A DNA stretch of 64,000 nt from Octopus vulgaris (taxonomy: Eukaryota): positions 24,986,001 to 25,050,000 of the forward strand of contig OX597830.1 in assembly GCA_951406725.2 (NCBI GenBank), given 5' to 3'. The notes below the pieces were generated by a model that ran no database searches, was not told where the DNA came from, and worked only from the letters and a program-made list of their open reading frames with translations. A program made the translations under genes and the position numbers. Below, piece after piece: positions 25,413-38,400 of the stretch; the stretch's first letter is position 1; each line of letters opens with the position of its first letter.

Positions 25413-25776
25413 GTGGAGGCGCAATGGCCCAGTGGTTAGGGCAGCGGACTCGCGGTCATAGGATCGCGGTTTCGATTCCCAGACCGGGCGTTGTGAGTGT
25501 TTATTGAGCGAAAACACCTAAAGCTCCACGAGGCTCCGGCAGGGGATGGTGGTGATCCCTGCTGTACTCTTTCGCCACAACTTTCTCTCACTCTTACTTC
25601 CTGTTTCTGTTGTACCTGTATTTCAAAGGGCCGGCCTTGTCACTCTTTGTGTCACGCTGAATATCCCCGAGAACTACGTTAAGGGTACACGTGTCTGTGG
25701 AGTTTCACGAGCAGGCTGTTCCGTTGATCGGATCAACCGGAACCCTCGTCGTCGTAACCGACGGAGTGCTTCCACC
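25413..25776 (+). mobile_element. SINE family C inserted into the tail of a minus-strand family B copy (which continues to about 25945)
   Basis: 11-bp TSD attattttact (25402-25412 / 25777-25787). Confidence 0.9.
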
Positions 25777-26339
25777 ATTATTTTACTAGTTTCAGTCATT
25801 TGACTGCGGCCATGCTGGAGCACCACCTTTAGACGAATAAATCGACTCTGTAAGCCTAATACTTATCTTATCCGTCTCTTTTGTCGAACCGCTAAGTTAC
25901 GGGGACGTAAACACACCAGCGTCGGTTGTCAAGCGATGGTGGACACAGTCCGGTTCCGATATGCATTTGGTTTGAGTACCAGGACAAATGTTCTGGTGGA
26001 CGAAATTGTAAATAATTCTTGGTAATTGTATTTTCTCACGAGAAAATAACTGGTATTTATTTTGTCGACCCCGAAAGGATGAAAGGCAAAATCGACCAAC
26101 CGAATTTTAATGATAACTGCCCAACAGGGCGTAAATTAGTGCTGACTTACGGAGAGAGAAACAGGATTATAATTTGACATATTTATTATAAATCTATTAA
26201 CATATTGTAATATGACATTACGAAACTTCTTTTCTCAAAACAACGATGCTGACGGTTATGACCACAACGACGATAACGATGTTGGCTACGTCAAGGACAT
26301 CGATGACGTAGGCACCGGCAGCGGAGTTAGAGGTGGCGT

Positions 26340-26742
26340 AGTGATTGGTGGTGGTGGTTGTGGTGATGGTGGTAGTATTTTGGTGGTGGTTGTATTGTGC
26401 TGGTATTGGGTGGTGGTGTTGGGTGATGGTAGTGGTGGCGGTGATGATGGTGGCATCGATGTTGTTTGTAGTGGTGATGTGGTGTTGGTAGTAGTATAGT
26501 GGCGGTGTTGGATGGTGGTATTTGTGGTGGTGGTGGTGGTGGTAGTAGTATAGTGGAGGTGTTGGATGGTGGTATTCGTGGTGGTGGTGGTAGCAGTGGT
26601 TGTAATGGGATTAATGATAGTGGTCATGATGGATGTAGCGGTAGCGGCGGCAGTGGTGATGATGTTGTTGTTGTTGTTGCTGTTGATAGTGGTGGTGGTA
26701 GTGGTAGTGGTGCTATGATGATGGTGATGATGACGATGATGA
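26340..26742. repeat. Degenerate (GGT/GAT/GTT)n low-complexity tract
   Basis: Direct reading. Confidence 0.85.
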
Positions 26743-27468
26743 TAAAGTACAGCTTGACTGTGTACAAACCGGAATTCACCGTTCACTTCTCCTTACACAC
26801 CATTGGCTGCTCTCACAAATAAGATATTGGGGGCATTCCTTGACATACCGGTTGGGTATCAATTATGAATTGGGTCGGAGAAAGCCCCTGGGGTCAGTTC
26901 AGTATCACATGAAAACATATCCACCAGATGAAAAAAATGACAAACATTTGAATTTGCAAACCACACAAAAATTATTTTACCAATTCACTTACATTTCTGA
27001 CTGCGGGTGAGGTTTTTGTTTTAATACGTATGTGTGTGCGTGCATGCGTGCGTGCGTGCGTGTGTGTGTGTGTGTGTGTGTGTGTTTTGCATGTGAGTGT
27101 GCGTGTGCGTGTTCATGAATTTGTGCATGCATGGATGTGTTTGTAAATGGACGTATAACGACTTTATGTTATGCATGTGCGTGTGCGTGTGTGTGTGTGT
27201 GTGCATGTGTGTGTGCGTGTGAATGTGTTTATATGTGTGCGACTGTTATGCATGTCAGTCAATGTGTGTGTAAGTGCATGTATGTATGTGTGTGGATGCG
27301 TGGATATAAATACATACATATTTATATGCTTACACACACACACACACACACACACAGACGTTTTTGTAAGCAATGTGTTATGATGTGAATATAAGTGTAC
27401 GTGCGTGTTCGGGTGTGTAGAAGGGTGTAAGCATATACGTGTTAGTGTTATGTATCTGTGTATGTATG

Positions 27469-27502
<34 letters not shown>

Positions 27503-27932
27503 TGTATGTATGTATGTGTGTGTGCGCGCGCGCATGCGTGTGCAAGGTTCTGTAAACATGGCTGTATGAATGGGTGTAAGTCTATACATGCTTATACCCC
27601 ATATATATATATGAGTCTGTCTGTGTATACATGTTTGGGTGTGAAAGGGTGTAAGTATATACGCATTAATGTGTTAAGTGTGGAAGGGTGTGCACGCCCA
27701 TGTGTGCACCCGTTTGTTTGCTACAACTGTAACTTTAGGAATATCAATTTACAATAAAATGTTTCTGAAATTATTTCATAGCATGTTATTAAAGCCACAG
27801 AATGGAGGGAGAAAAAAAAATAAACGAGAACAAGCTCCAAATGTGGCGATTGAGCAACTTACTTTCGTTTCTCGGGTGCAGCCGTCAAATGCAAAGGCTA
27901 ACGTCGATGAAAATGTATAATGACAATAATAA

Positions 27933-28192
27933 TCCTTTCTATTATAGGCACAAGGCCTCAAATTGTGTGTGGGGGGGGAGATGACTAGTCGATTACATCG
28001 ACCTCAGTGTTTCACTGGTACTTAATTTATCAACCCCGAAGGATAAAAGGCAAAGTCGACCACGGCGGAATTTGAACTCAGAGCGCAGCAACGGGCGAAA
28101 TATCGCTAAGCATTTCGTCCAGCGTGCTAACGATTCTGCCAGTTCACCGCGTTACCAATAATTGTAATGATAATGATGATGATGATGATGAC

Positions 28193-28231
<39 letters not shown>

Positions 28232-28250
28232 GGTGGTGGTGGTGGTGGTG

Positions 28251-28292
<42 letters not shown>

Positions 28293-28301
28293 TAGGTGGT
28301 G

Positions 28302-28379
<78 letters not shown>

Positions 28380-28590
28380 ACACCAACAGTTTCAAATTTT
28401 TGGCACAACGTCAGCAATTTCGAGGGAGAGAGCTAGTTGATTATACCGACTCCAGGGCCTAAATGGTAGTTATTTTATCTACCCACGAAAGGATGAATGA
28501 CAAAGTCGACCTTGACGAAATTTTAATTCAAAACGTAAACACAGACGATATGCATTTTCTCCGACGTGCTTTACAGCCAGCTGACTGCCT
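27933..28590 (-). mobile_element. Two SINE A copies separated by an (AGT)n/(GGT)n microsatellite (28167-28378)
   Basis: Reverse-complement family A at about 27933-28152 and 28389-28590. Confidence 0.85.
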
Positions 28591-28591
28591 G

Positions 28592-29266
<675 letters not shown>

Positions 29267-29342
29267 AATAATAATAATAATAATAATAATAACAATAATA
29301 GTAATAATAATAATGATAATAATAATAGTAATAATAATAATG

Positions 29343-29399
<57 letters not shown>

Positions 29400-29402
<3 letters not shown>

Positions 29403-29614
29403 GTTTCAAATTTTGCCAAAAGGGCAGCCATTTGGGGGGAAGAGATAAGTCGATTACATCGATCCCAGTGTTTCACTGGTACTTAATTTATCGATCCCGA
29501 AAGGATGAAAGCAAAGTCAACCCCAACGGAATTTGATCCCAGAACGTAGCGACAGAGGAAATACCGCTAATAATTTCGCTCGGCATACTAACGATTCTGC
29601 CGGCTCACCGCCTT
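29400..29614 (-). mobile_element. SINE family A
   Basis: Reverse-complement consensus abutting (TAA)n. Confidence 0.88.
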
Positions 29615-32148
29615 AAATAACAACAACAACAACAATAATAATAATAATATACATATAAAATCTGGAAGAAAAATAACTTAAATAAAGACTTGGATATTGT
29701 AATGAACCCTAATAAACTAGCTAACATACGAAGATATATTCTCAAAGCACAAAAATATCAGAAATAGAAATAGAACATTTAGAAAAGAAAAATACATCAG
29801 GAAAATGTAGATAGTAGCCACACAACAATGCCAAATAATATAAACACTGAGATAGTAAAACACGAAGACAGACGTAACATTTCCAACAAAAACGAAGTAA
29901 ACAAAAAACAACAAACCCAGACCGTAGGAATGTATAATAATGTACAAAAAGCACCAATCCAGAACACCACAGACAAACTTATGAATGAGAAAGAAGGTGA
30001 AACAAATCTACAACCTAGAAACAGTGAAGGGGAACCTCATGATTATGATACTATAAAAATGAGAATAATCAAAGAACTGAAAACCACAGATCTCAGAATG
30101 GACCACCGATTATACCTCCCAAGAATCAAAATAGACAATAAAATAACATCAATAATGAATAGCATAAACCTGGCCGTCACGTAACTAATACCCACAGAAA
30201 CGAATGGCAATATCACTGGGCTAAATGATACAATACATGCGGCAGCCACTGCAGCCACAAAGAAAGCTGGATACTCCCTCAAACCCATCCAAACAGGAGT
30301 ACCACCACCCAAACAAACCCTGTGGGTAAATAATATCAAAAAAAAGAAAAGAAAAAAGAGAAAAGATCTGTTAGTTCTTAACGAAATTAGTAGACAATCA
30401 ACACTACTAAGAAACAAGAAAACAAAAATACTGTGCATTACAGAAAAAGATTTACCTGAGGTAAAAGAACAGCTAAAGCAAGATATCCTTGCCAAAGCAC
30501 AAAGAATCTGCCGGTATGAGAAACGCCAACGTTTCTTTGAACAAAACAAACAGTTCAACTTCAACCCCCCAAAATTCTACCAAGAACTTGGCAAAATAAA
30601 ATAGACATCAATGCAGCACCAACAGCAGAAGAAATGGAAGAACTTTGGAAAGAAATATGGTCGGCGAAGGAACAACCTCAGAAAAGGAGTATTAAAACAA
30701 CGAACTTAGCACCTGAACAACTCTGAACCCCTATAACAACTGAAGAGGTCACCCAGGCACTGCAAAGACTAAGTAAATAGAAGGCAACTGGGCAAGACAA
30801 GATCCCCAACTTCTAGTTAAAATATCTGACAGGAATACATCAAAAGCTGGCTGAAAACTTTAACGACATATTAGCAGAGCCAGAGATATTGCCTGAATGG
30901 CTCACGAAAGGGAAAACTATCTTAATACCCAAATCCACTGAAATGGTAAAACCACAAAACTACAGACCTACATAACCTGTCTCCCTACAATTTACTAAGC
31001 CTTTACTGCAATAATATCGCAGAGATTGAGCAAGCATCTGGAAGAAAACAACTTGTTTCTAGAAGAGCAGAAGGGATGCTGCAAGGGCTCATACGGCTGT
31101 AAAGGCCAACTACTGATCAATAAAACCATAACTGAAGACAGCTGCAGAAAGAAGAAAGGCCTCAGTATGGCCTGGATCGACTACCGAAAGGCTTTTGATA
31201 GTATTCCCTATACATGGATCCTCGAAACACTAGCCATGAACAAGGTAGCACCAATAATTATAAAATATGAATAAATGAATAAATGGCAGACAGTGCTACA
31301 GCTCCAAACAAAAGAGGGACTCGTGAAAACCAAAGCCATTCGCATTAGAAGAGGAATATTCCAGGGAGACACGCTCTCTCCACTCCTTTTCTGCTTGGCA
31401 CTGACACCTTTATCTGACATGTTAAATAGAACTGGATGCGGATACAAATGTTACAGCAAAACAATCAACCACCTTTTATGTATGGATGACCTAAAACTAT
31501 ACGCTACAAATAATAAACAGCTGGAAACACTACTACAGACAGTACATGGATTTACCAAAGAAATAAATATGAAATTTGGATTTAAAAAATGCGCCAAAGC
31601 AACCCTGAAAAGAGGAAAACTAGTTAAGAGTAGCAACATCACACTAGATAAAGCCAATGAAATAAGAGAATTAGACCAAAGCCAGACATACAAATATTCA
31701 GGAATCAATGAACTAGATATGATACAACACACAAATGAAAGAGAAAATAAAGAAAGAATATTATAGACGAGTTAGATCAATACTAAAAACAGAGCTCAAT
31801 GCTAAAAACAAGATAATAGGTATTATCTCTTTAGCCGTCCCAGTTATAAGTTACAGCTACAATATCCTTAATTGGACATTAAATGAACTAACTAAAATAG
31901 ACAGGAAAACAAGAAAAATAATGTCAGGATCTAGGATGCAACACCCAAAATCTGACGTAGAAAGGCTATATATATATACAACGTATAAAAGGTGGTAGAG
32001 ACCTTATACAGCTGGAAAACTATTATAAAATAACCACGGAAAGCAAGGAAACCTAATACAAATAGCCACAAAACACGAGCAAAACATAAAACTGTTTTCA
32101 ATATTTAAGGAAGCTGACAAATACAAACTACCAAACAAATATGAAAAA

Positions 32149-32244
32149 GAAGAAGAAGAAGAAGAAGAAGAAGAAGAAGAAGAAGAAGAAGAAGAAGAAG
32201 AAGAAGAAGAAGAAGAAGAAGAAGAAGAAGAAGAAGAAGAAGAA
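32149..32244 (+). repeat. (GAA)n, about 32 units, in-frame poly-Glu within the Dong ORF
   Basis: KYEK-E(n)-TKAIKQMK stays in frame with WQEMPLHGKY. Confidence 0.9.
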
Positions 32245-32936
32245 ACAAAAGCTATAAAACAAATGAAATCCAAGCTAAAACTAGAACAGCAACGGACCAT
32301 GAAGAAACGATGGCAAGAAATGCCCCTTCATGGTAAATACTGCACTAAACTAAACGCAAAAGAAATAGACAAAGAAAAATCCCAGCTATGGTTGAGAAGC
32401 TCATGACTCAAAGCAGAGACTGAAGGATTGTTAATTGCAGCACAAGACCAAAGCCTCCCCACTAGAAATTACCAAAAACATATAATGAAAAGAAACATAA
32501 CAAATAACTGCAGAATATGTGGAGATGGACAATAAATCATATTATCTCTGGCTGCCCAGTCCTGGCTAAGAAGGAATATATTCACAGACACTACAGAGTT
32601 GGGACCTACATACACTGGAAGCTATTCCAACACTATGGAATAACAGAAAAATGATGGTATAGGCACACACCAGAAAAGGTCACAGAAAACGAGAAAGCAA
32701 CCATACTCTGGAATATGCCAATACACACAGATAGAGAAATTAAGGCCAATAGGCCAAATATAGTTGTCAGAGATCATGAAGAAAAAAAATGCTTTCTGAT
32801 TGATGTATCAATACCAGCAGATGACAACGTTTCTCTAAAAGAAATGGAGAAACTTTCAAAATACAAAGACCTGGAAATAGAGGTAACTAGAATGTGAGAT
32901 CTAAAAACAGAAACAATTCCTATCATAGTAGGCGCC

Positions 32937-33317
32937 TCTCTCTCTCTCTCTCTCTCTTGCTTGTTTCAGTCATTTGACTTTGGCTATGCTGGAGCAGCGC
33001 CTTTAGTTCAGCAAATCGACCGCAGAACTTATTCTTTGGAAGCCTAGTACTTATTCTATCGGTCTCTTTTGCCGAACCGCTAAGTTACGGGAACATAAAC
33101 ACACCACCATCAGTTGTCAAGCGATGTTAGGGGACAAACACAGACACACAAACATATACACATACATATATATGTACATATATACGACGGGCTTCTTTCA
33201 GTTTCCGTCTACCAAATCCACTCACAAGGCTTTGGTCGGCCCGAGACTATAGTAGAAGAACCCGGAACCATGTGGTTGGTAAGCAAGCTACTTACCACAC
33301 AGCCACTCCTGCGTCTG
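32937..33317 (-). mobile_element. SINE family B inserted into the Dong RLE domain
   Basis: Splits the IIVGA / MIKK segment of the LINE ORF. Confidence 0.88.
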
Positions 33318-33558
33318 ATATGATAAAAAAATATTCAGACAAATACATAGCAAAAACATCAGGACTTACAAATAAATATAACATACAGAAAATTGCACTA
33401 CTGGGCTCAGCACACAACCTACGCAAAACAATTTCAATACAGTAACCATAAGAGCATCACAGCAAACCACAGCACATACCCAAGACACACAGAGCTGTGC
33501 TCGGTAGTGAAGTGAAAGCACGTTATAAAAATAAAACTACTGAATAATAATAATAATG

Positions 33559-33625
<67 letters not shown>

Positions 33626-33626
<1 letters not shown>

Positions 33627-33830
33627 CCTTTCTACTAGGCACAAGGCCTGGATTTTCGTAGAGATGGGGACAATCGATCACATCGATCCCAGTACTTGAC
33701 TGGAACTTAATTCATCGACCCCGAAAGGATGAAAGGCAAAGTCGACCTCGGCGGAATTTGAACTCAGAGCATAAAGACGGACGAAATTCGGCTAAGCATT
33801 TTGTCCAGAGTGCTAACGATCTTGCCAGCC
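33626..33830 (-). mobile_element. SINE family A
   Basis: Reverse-complement consensus abutting (TAA)n. Confidence 0.88.
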
Positions 33831-33859
33831 TAGTGCTTGAATAATAATAATGATGATGA

Positions 33860-34340
33860 TTAACCTGCCAAGACGGCCGACACTAACCAGGTGGTGGATA
33901 TTTCTGGCGGCACATTCAACACCCTAATCTTGGCAAAGTGTTGATCGTGATAGCTGGGGATTAAGAAGTTTTCATTCCTCAAATTGGTCGCGGAATGATA
34001 CCTGGCTTCTTCTGTCCCAAATCTCGCCTCAATAGTTCCAAACTTCTTTCCTCGGATGATGTGGGTCTTTTGTTCCCACATGCGCCTAAGGCATTTTGTA
34101 TTTCACTCTCAGAAGCATTTTCCACCTGGTGCGATGCTTCGGTATATGACCGTGCATCTTAAGATGAAGGGTTTAGAGCTACCTTTCTCCCATTCCTTTT
34201 AACAATTTTTCTTGCCATTTTAAAATCTTGTTCATCTATGCGGAAATTTTCCAAATTTCTCGCCGTTATCGCAAAAGAAATCATTGCAGCGGAGGTGGCT
34301 GTGGCGGCGAGGGCGATATTCGTGTTTTTATGTTTCATTT
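33860..34340 (-). mobile_element. Tx1/L1 ORF1 N-terminal fragment
   Basis: FGTIEARF..EEA...KIRVLNVPPEISTTWLVSAV is homologous to ORF1 at 39840-39960. Confidence 0.65.
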
Positions 34341-34806
34341 CTTTCGTATTGTTGTTGTTGTTGTTGTTGTTGTTTCACTGCTGCTGGTGTTACTGTTGTT
34401 GTTGTCGTTGTCGACACAGAAAGTTTTGACGTTATTTAGAGACGAAACATTATTCGCTTCGGTGACGTCATTAAGTTTGGGCTACATTTTTGTTCTCATT
34501 TTTCTCCAACGGGGAACGCGTTCCTTTGTCAAACATTATGATAGCTTATTTATCAGCCATCTTTAACTTAATAATGAAAACAACAAAATATTATTTTTTC
34601 CCGAAAGTTGTTAAGATTCAATAAATATTGATGCGCACTCCCTGCAAAACAAGGGGTGTTTCTACACAAAAATACTATCTGCGCAGTCCAGACAATCTCA
34701 GAAACGCAATGGTAACAATAAAATGAAAGCCGAAAGGATTATAAACACTATTTGAACTTACAGAGCACCAAATTTCCAAGACTTTACAGTATGGCGGTAT
34801 GGCGGC

Positions 34807-34844
<38 letters not shown>

Positions 34845-34846
<2 letters not shown>

Positions 34847-35380
34847 GCCCTAATGCAGTACTAGGCACGGCTCTCGTGGCTTCTGATTTTAGCTGATTGG
34901 AAGTGTTATCATGTACATTGTTTTGTCTTGGTATAAAAGATGGGCTACAGCAAATATTCTGCTCAATACCACATATTTGCTTGTTAGTTGCTTGATCTTA
35001 ACTAGAACATGTCCTTTTGTGGAAGACGATATGTGCATCTCTGATCGCGAGCAGAAGTAGGCGGGGTGCATCATAGCCATGTGTGGGAGTTTGTTAAATT
35101 CACCTCTGGAAACATAGATGTTACGTTCAACATCCTTAAACAACCCTTATTCTGGGACCTTTTGAGCGGGATGGGCTACTCGACCAGAAGAAAATTCTAA
35201 CTGGGCCCCACTTGCAAGGTCATGCGCTGTTTATCTTGATATGAGATCACCATGTCACGCACATATGGTTGTGATGCATGTGCCCTAGTACCTTATCAGA
35301 TAGGTAGTCATGATGGCTATACTGGGTCTCGAATATTTTACCCCTGTGACACATTGATGGCATGCACTGCTCTCTCTTTC
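34845..35380. mobile_element. (TAA)n-embedded non-coding element, copy 2
   Basis: Same start (atgccct) and essentially the same end (ctgctctctc..tc) as copy 1. Confidence 0.9.
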
Positions 35381-35400
35381 AACAATAATAATAATAATTC

Positions 35401-38400
35401 TTTTTTTTTACTAACCACAAAGGGTTTACATTAAATAAAAACATTAAAGACTGTACGGGACAAAACAAATAATGTGTGTATGTATGTCTGTGAGTGTGTT
35501 TTGTAAGGGTTTTGCGAGTAAACATAGAAAAAAACAAATTCAACAATGTGGTAGGAGACGTTCGAAGGCTGCTCATGGAAAATCTCCATAAAAACCATGG
35601 GTTCCCTGACTTTTGGGGAAGGTGCCTTTTTTCTTTTCCTTTTTCCCAACTACAAGTGTGTGCTCAGGGTACGTCTGTTCACACGCACCATTCAAGCTAC
35701 TTTCATCCACCTTTCAGCAAACTGGTTAGAAGACAACACTTCTCTATCCCTACTTTCCATTTCAAGTAAATTTGAAGAAGTCGATTAGGGATTAGCCAAA
35801 GAGAAAAGTGTTTGTCTTCAGCTTCTTCAGTCTAGTCCACCGTATAACCTCTTTCGCCATAGCCACCAGGCATGTAGAGACAGCCTTCCTTTCTCGGTTA
35901 AAAAGAAAGCGGTGATCATCAAGATGGATTCAGTTGACAGCCAGATCCGTCATACACGCGACAGCAGGTGTTCGACATAAAACCAAGTGCCCGAGCAATG
36001 CTCGGGTACTGGACGAGTGCATGCAGAGCCGTCTCATCGTCCTGCGCACATCTCAGACATGCTCGGCTGACGGCACTTCTGTGCCTGTAAACTTTATCTC
36101 GAACAAGCAAAGCTCCCCGGTAGCGCTGCCAGGCCAAAACTTTTTGGAAATTATCTATCGGTCTCGAACTGGAAGTTCTCCAGAAAAGAGCGGCTAGCTG
36201 ATCTTCTTCGACGCCCAAGATCTCTCCAAGAACGTCGTTGCACTTTTCCTCCACTAATCCTCTATAAAAAGCTAAAGTGGACGTTCCACCTATCGCAGTG
36301 TCCGACTGGTTGAAAGCAGTGAATGCTTGAAGACATTCCACTTTCCAAATGTCTTTCTCGGTCCCTGTTTTACTCAGGACTACAGTTCTGTTAAAGAAAA
36401 TAGCTGGGAAAATACGCGTCTGGCGAACGGCGACCACACCTGTTCACCTCAAGGAAGCACTGGAGATATTGTAGCCTCAGAGTATACGCTCCAACGTAAT
36501 CAGACGGTGGTCGGGACAAGGTACGATGGTCAAGCAGTAGTAGATGACGGACGTTATGTACGCGTTAGCTGCCTCTGTTCGACCTTTTAGAGATAGCTTC
36601 CTCTCGGTCCATTTCTGGGTGAGAGTAGTCACCCTGTTCGATACCTTGACTCAGTTTTTCTCCATCTGGAGATTCGGACCAAACGAGACCCCGAGCAATT
36701 TAACCGGTCCTTCTCTCTAGCGCTCAACGAGACATTTAGACGGCATGGACTTGCTTCTCCAGGTGCTGAGCCGCAAGCTCACTGATTTTCCCCTGTTATT
36801 CGTCGCTCTTGACACCGCCTCATAGTCCCTGAGAACAGTGCCGATCATTTCCATGTGTTTATGATCCGACCCACTACGTGACGTCATCGGCATATGCCTA
36901 CAGGTATTTCCTACATCCTAGGTCACGCGGTATGCCCCTCAACGTCTCCAGCTTGTGTAGTAGTGGCACGAGAATCAGTATGTACAAGAGTGATGAGAGG
37001 GGGTAACCTTGCCAGACCAAGCGCATGATGCTGAATGGTTCTAAGAGGTGACCGTTCACTCTAACCACTGAACAGATGCCGCTGTGCATTGCAGTGATCC
37101 AGCCCCTAAATCCACTGCATTGAGGACCGCTGCTAGGTATAGATGGTCCAAAGCTTTAGACCCTATCAAAAGCTTTAGACTGATCTAAATTGATCAGGGC
37201 CCCACCCGTGCAAGGTTCTTTAGTTACTTTCTCAATGATGTATCGCATGAGAGGAGGTTGTCGTGGATGGATCTTTTCGGGATGGCACATGTCTGTGCAT
37301 CCTCTACCAGATCATCGACGGCAAGCGCCAACCTCGTAGCTAATACCTTGGCCAAAATTTTGAACTCTGCATTCAGCAGAGTTATGGGCTTAAAGTTGTT
37401 AATACAGTGCCCCTTGTTCGAGTCTTTTCTCAGTAACGCCATCGCTCCTCGAATATTAAAACTGAATTTTCCCATTCTATTGCTAGTTGCAGTAAACATT
37501 TGCTAAGAGATCGTCGAACAAGTTTGACATGTAAGCCAAACCATGTGATTTACTCCTCATACAGCTAGCCGTTGCTTCCCGTGCGTTACCTCCGTCGCTG
37601 AGAACCGCAGCAGTCCGTCGAAGTAGGATGTGAAATCCATCCTGCGATCCGACTCACCGCTACTCCTGGAGCAGTTAAGCGAGGTGCCGCTGAAAGGCTT
37701 CACACATCTGTCTCGGATCAGTTATCCTTTGCCCGTCGTGGTCCGGCAAGAATCGGATTGTAGATTTATTACCACGCCGTGCTTCAGCCACTCAGGCCCA
37801 TTGTGTCTAAGAGAACAAGCCTTAGCTCTGACAGCGCAACCTTCGTGTTTCGTGTTGAAGAATTGGTCGAGTGCCAATCTCGTTGCAAGCACGTCGGCCG
37901 CGATGCCTTTTCAAAAAGCGTCAAACTTCCTGACTAGCCCAGCTTCTGCTCTGTTTCTTTCTACTGCTAGTCCTTTACTAAACCTCATTGATTCTATTCT
38001 AATTGTCCTCTTCAGGGTGAACCACCAGTTATTGTTGATAATTGTTCCCGTCAACGCCCGCTTAACTAGTTCGCTAATCCGGTCTCTGAAATCTTTACGC
38101 ACCGGCAACGACACGTTCAGCTTCCGTAACCGGGTCCCTGTCTAAGTCTACTGTACAAATCACGAATATGTGGTCTGTGTAGTCGACTACTTTAAACTAT
38201 GGATAACCTATGCTATCTTTATCTGCCACTCCATAGAATACCCTATCTAGATACGATCTGGAAGACCCGATGCGGTTTGGCCTGGTCCACATTGGCACAT
38301 CAGGGAAATCCAGTCGAAACCCGTCAGGTAGTTGGAATCGTCTGAGCAGGTTTTCGAGACTTTTGCACCCTCCTCCCCTATCGGCTAAACCCACACAGTT

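Larger units (their letters stand above)
29650..33542 (+). mobile_element. Dong/R4-clade non-LTR retrotransposon (RT plus C-terminal restriction-like endonuclease), 5'-truncated and disrupted
   Basis: NYRP, EEQKGC, AWIDYRKAFDSIP, GIFQGDTLSPLLF, LCMDDLKLY, WQEMPLHGKY, CRIC..HIISGC zinc motif, NRPNIVV..LIDVSIP..EKLSKY (RLE). Stop at about 33445, short 3' UTR, TAA repeats on both flanks. Confidence 0.9.

Noticed and set aside
26286-26822. Thr/Pro-rich mucin-like and Gly-rich ORFs
   Set aside because: Degenerate trinucleotide repeats that are open in several frames on both strands; no splice context seen.
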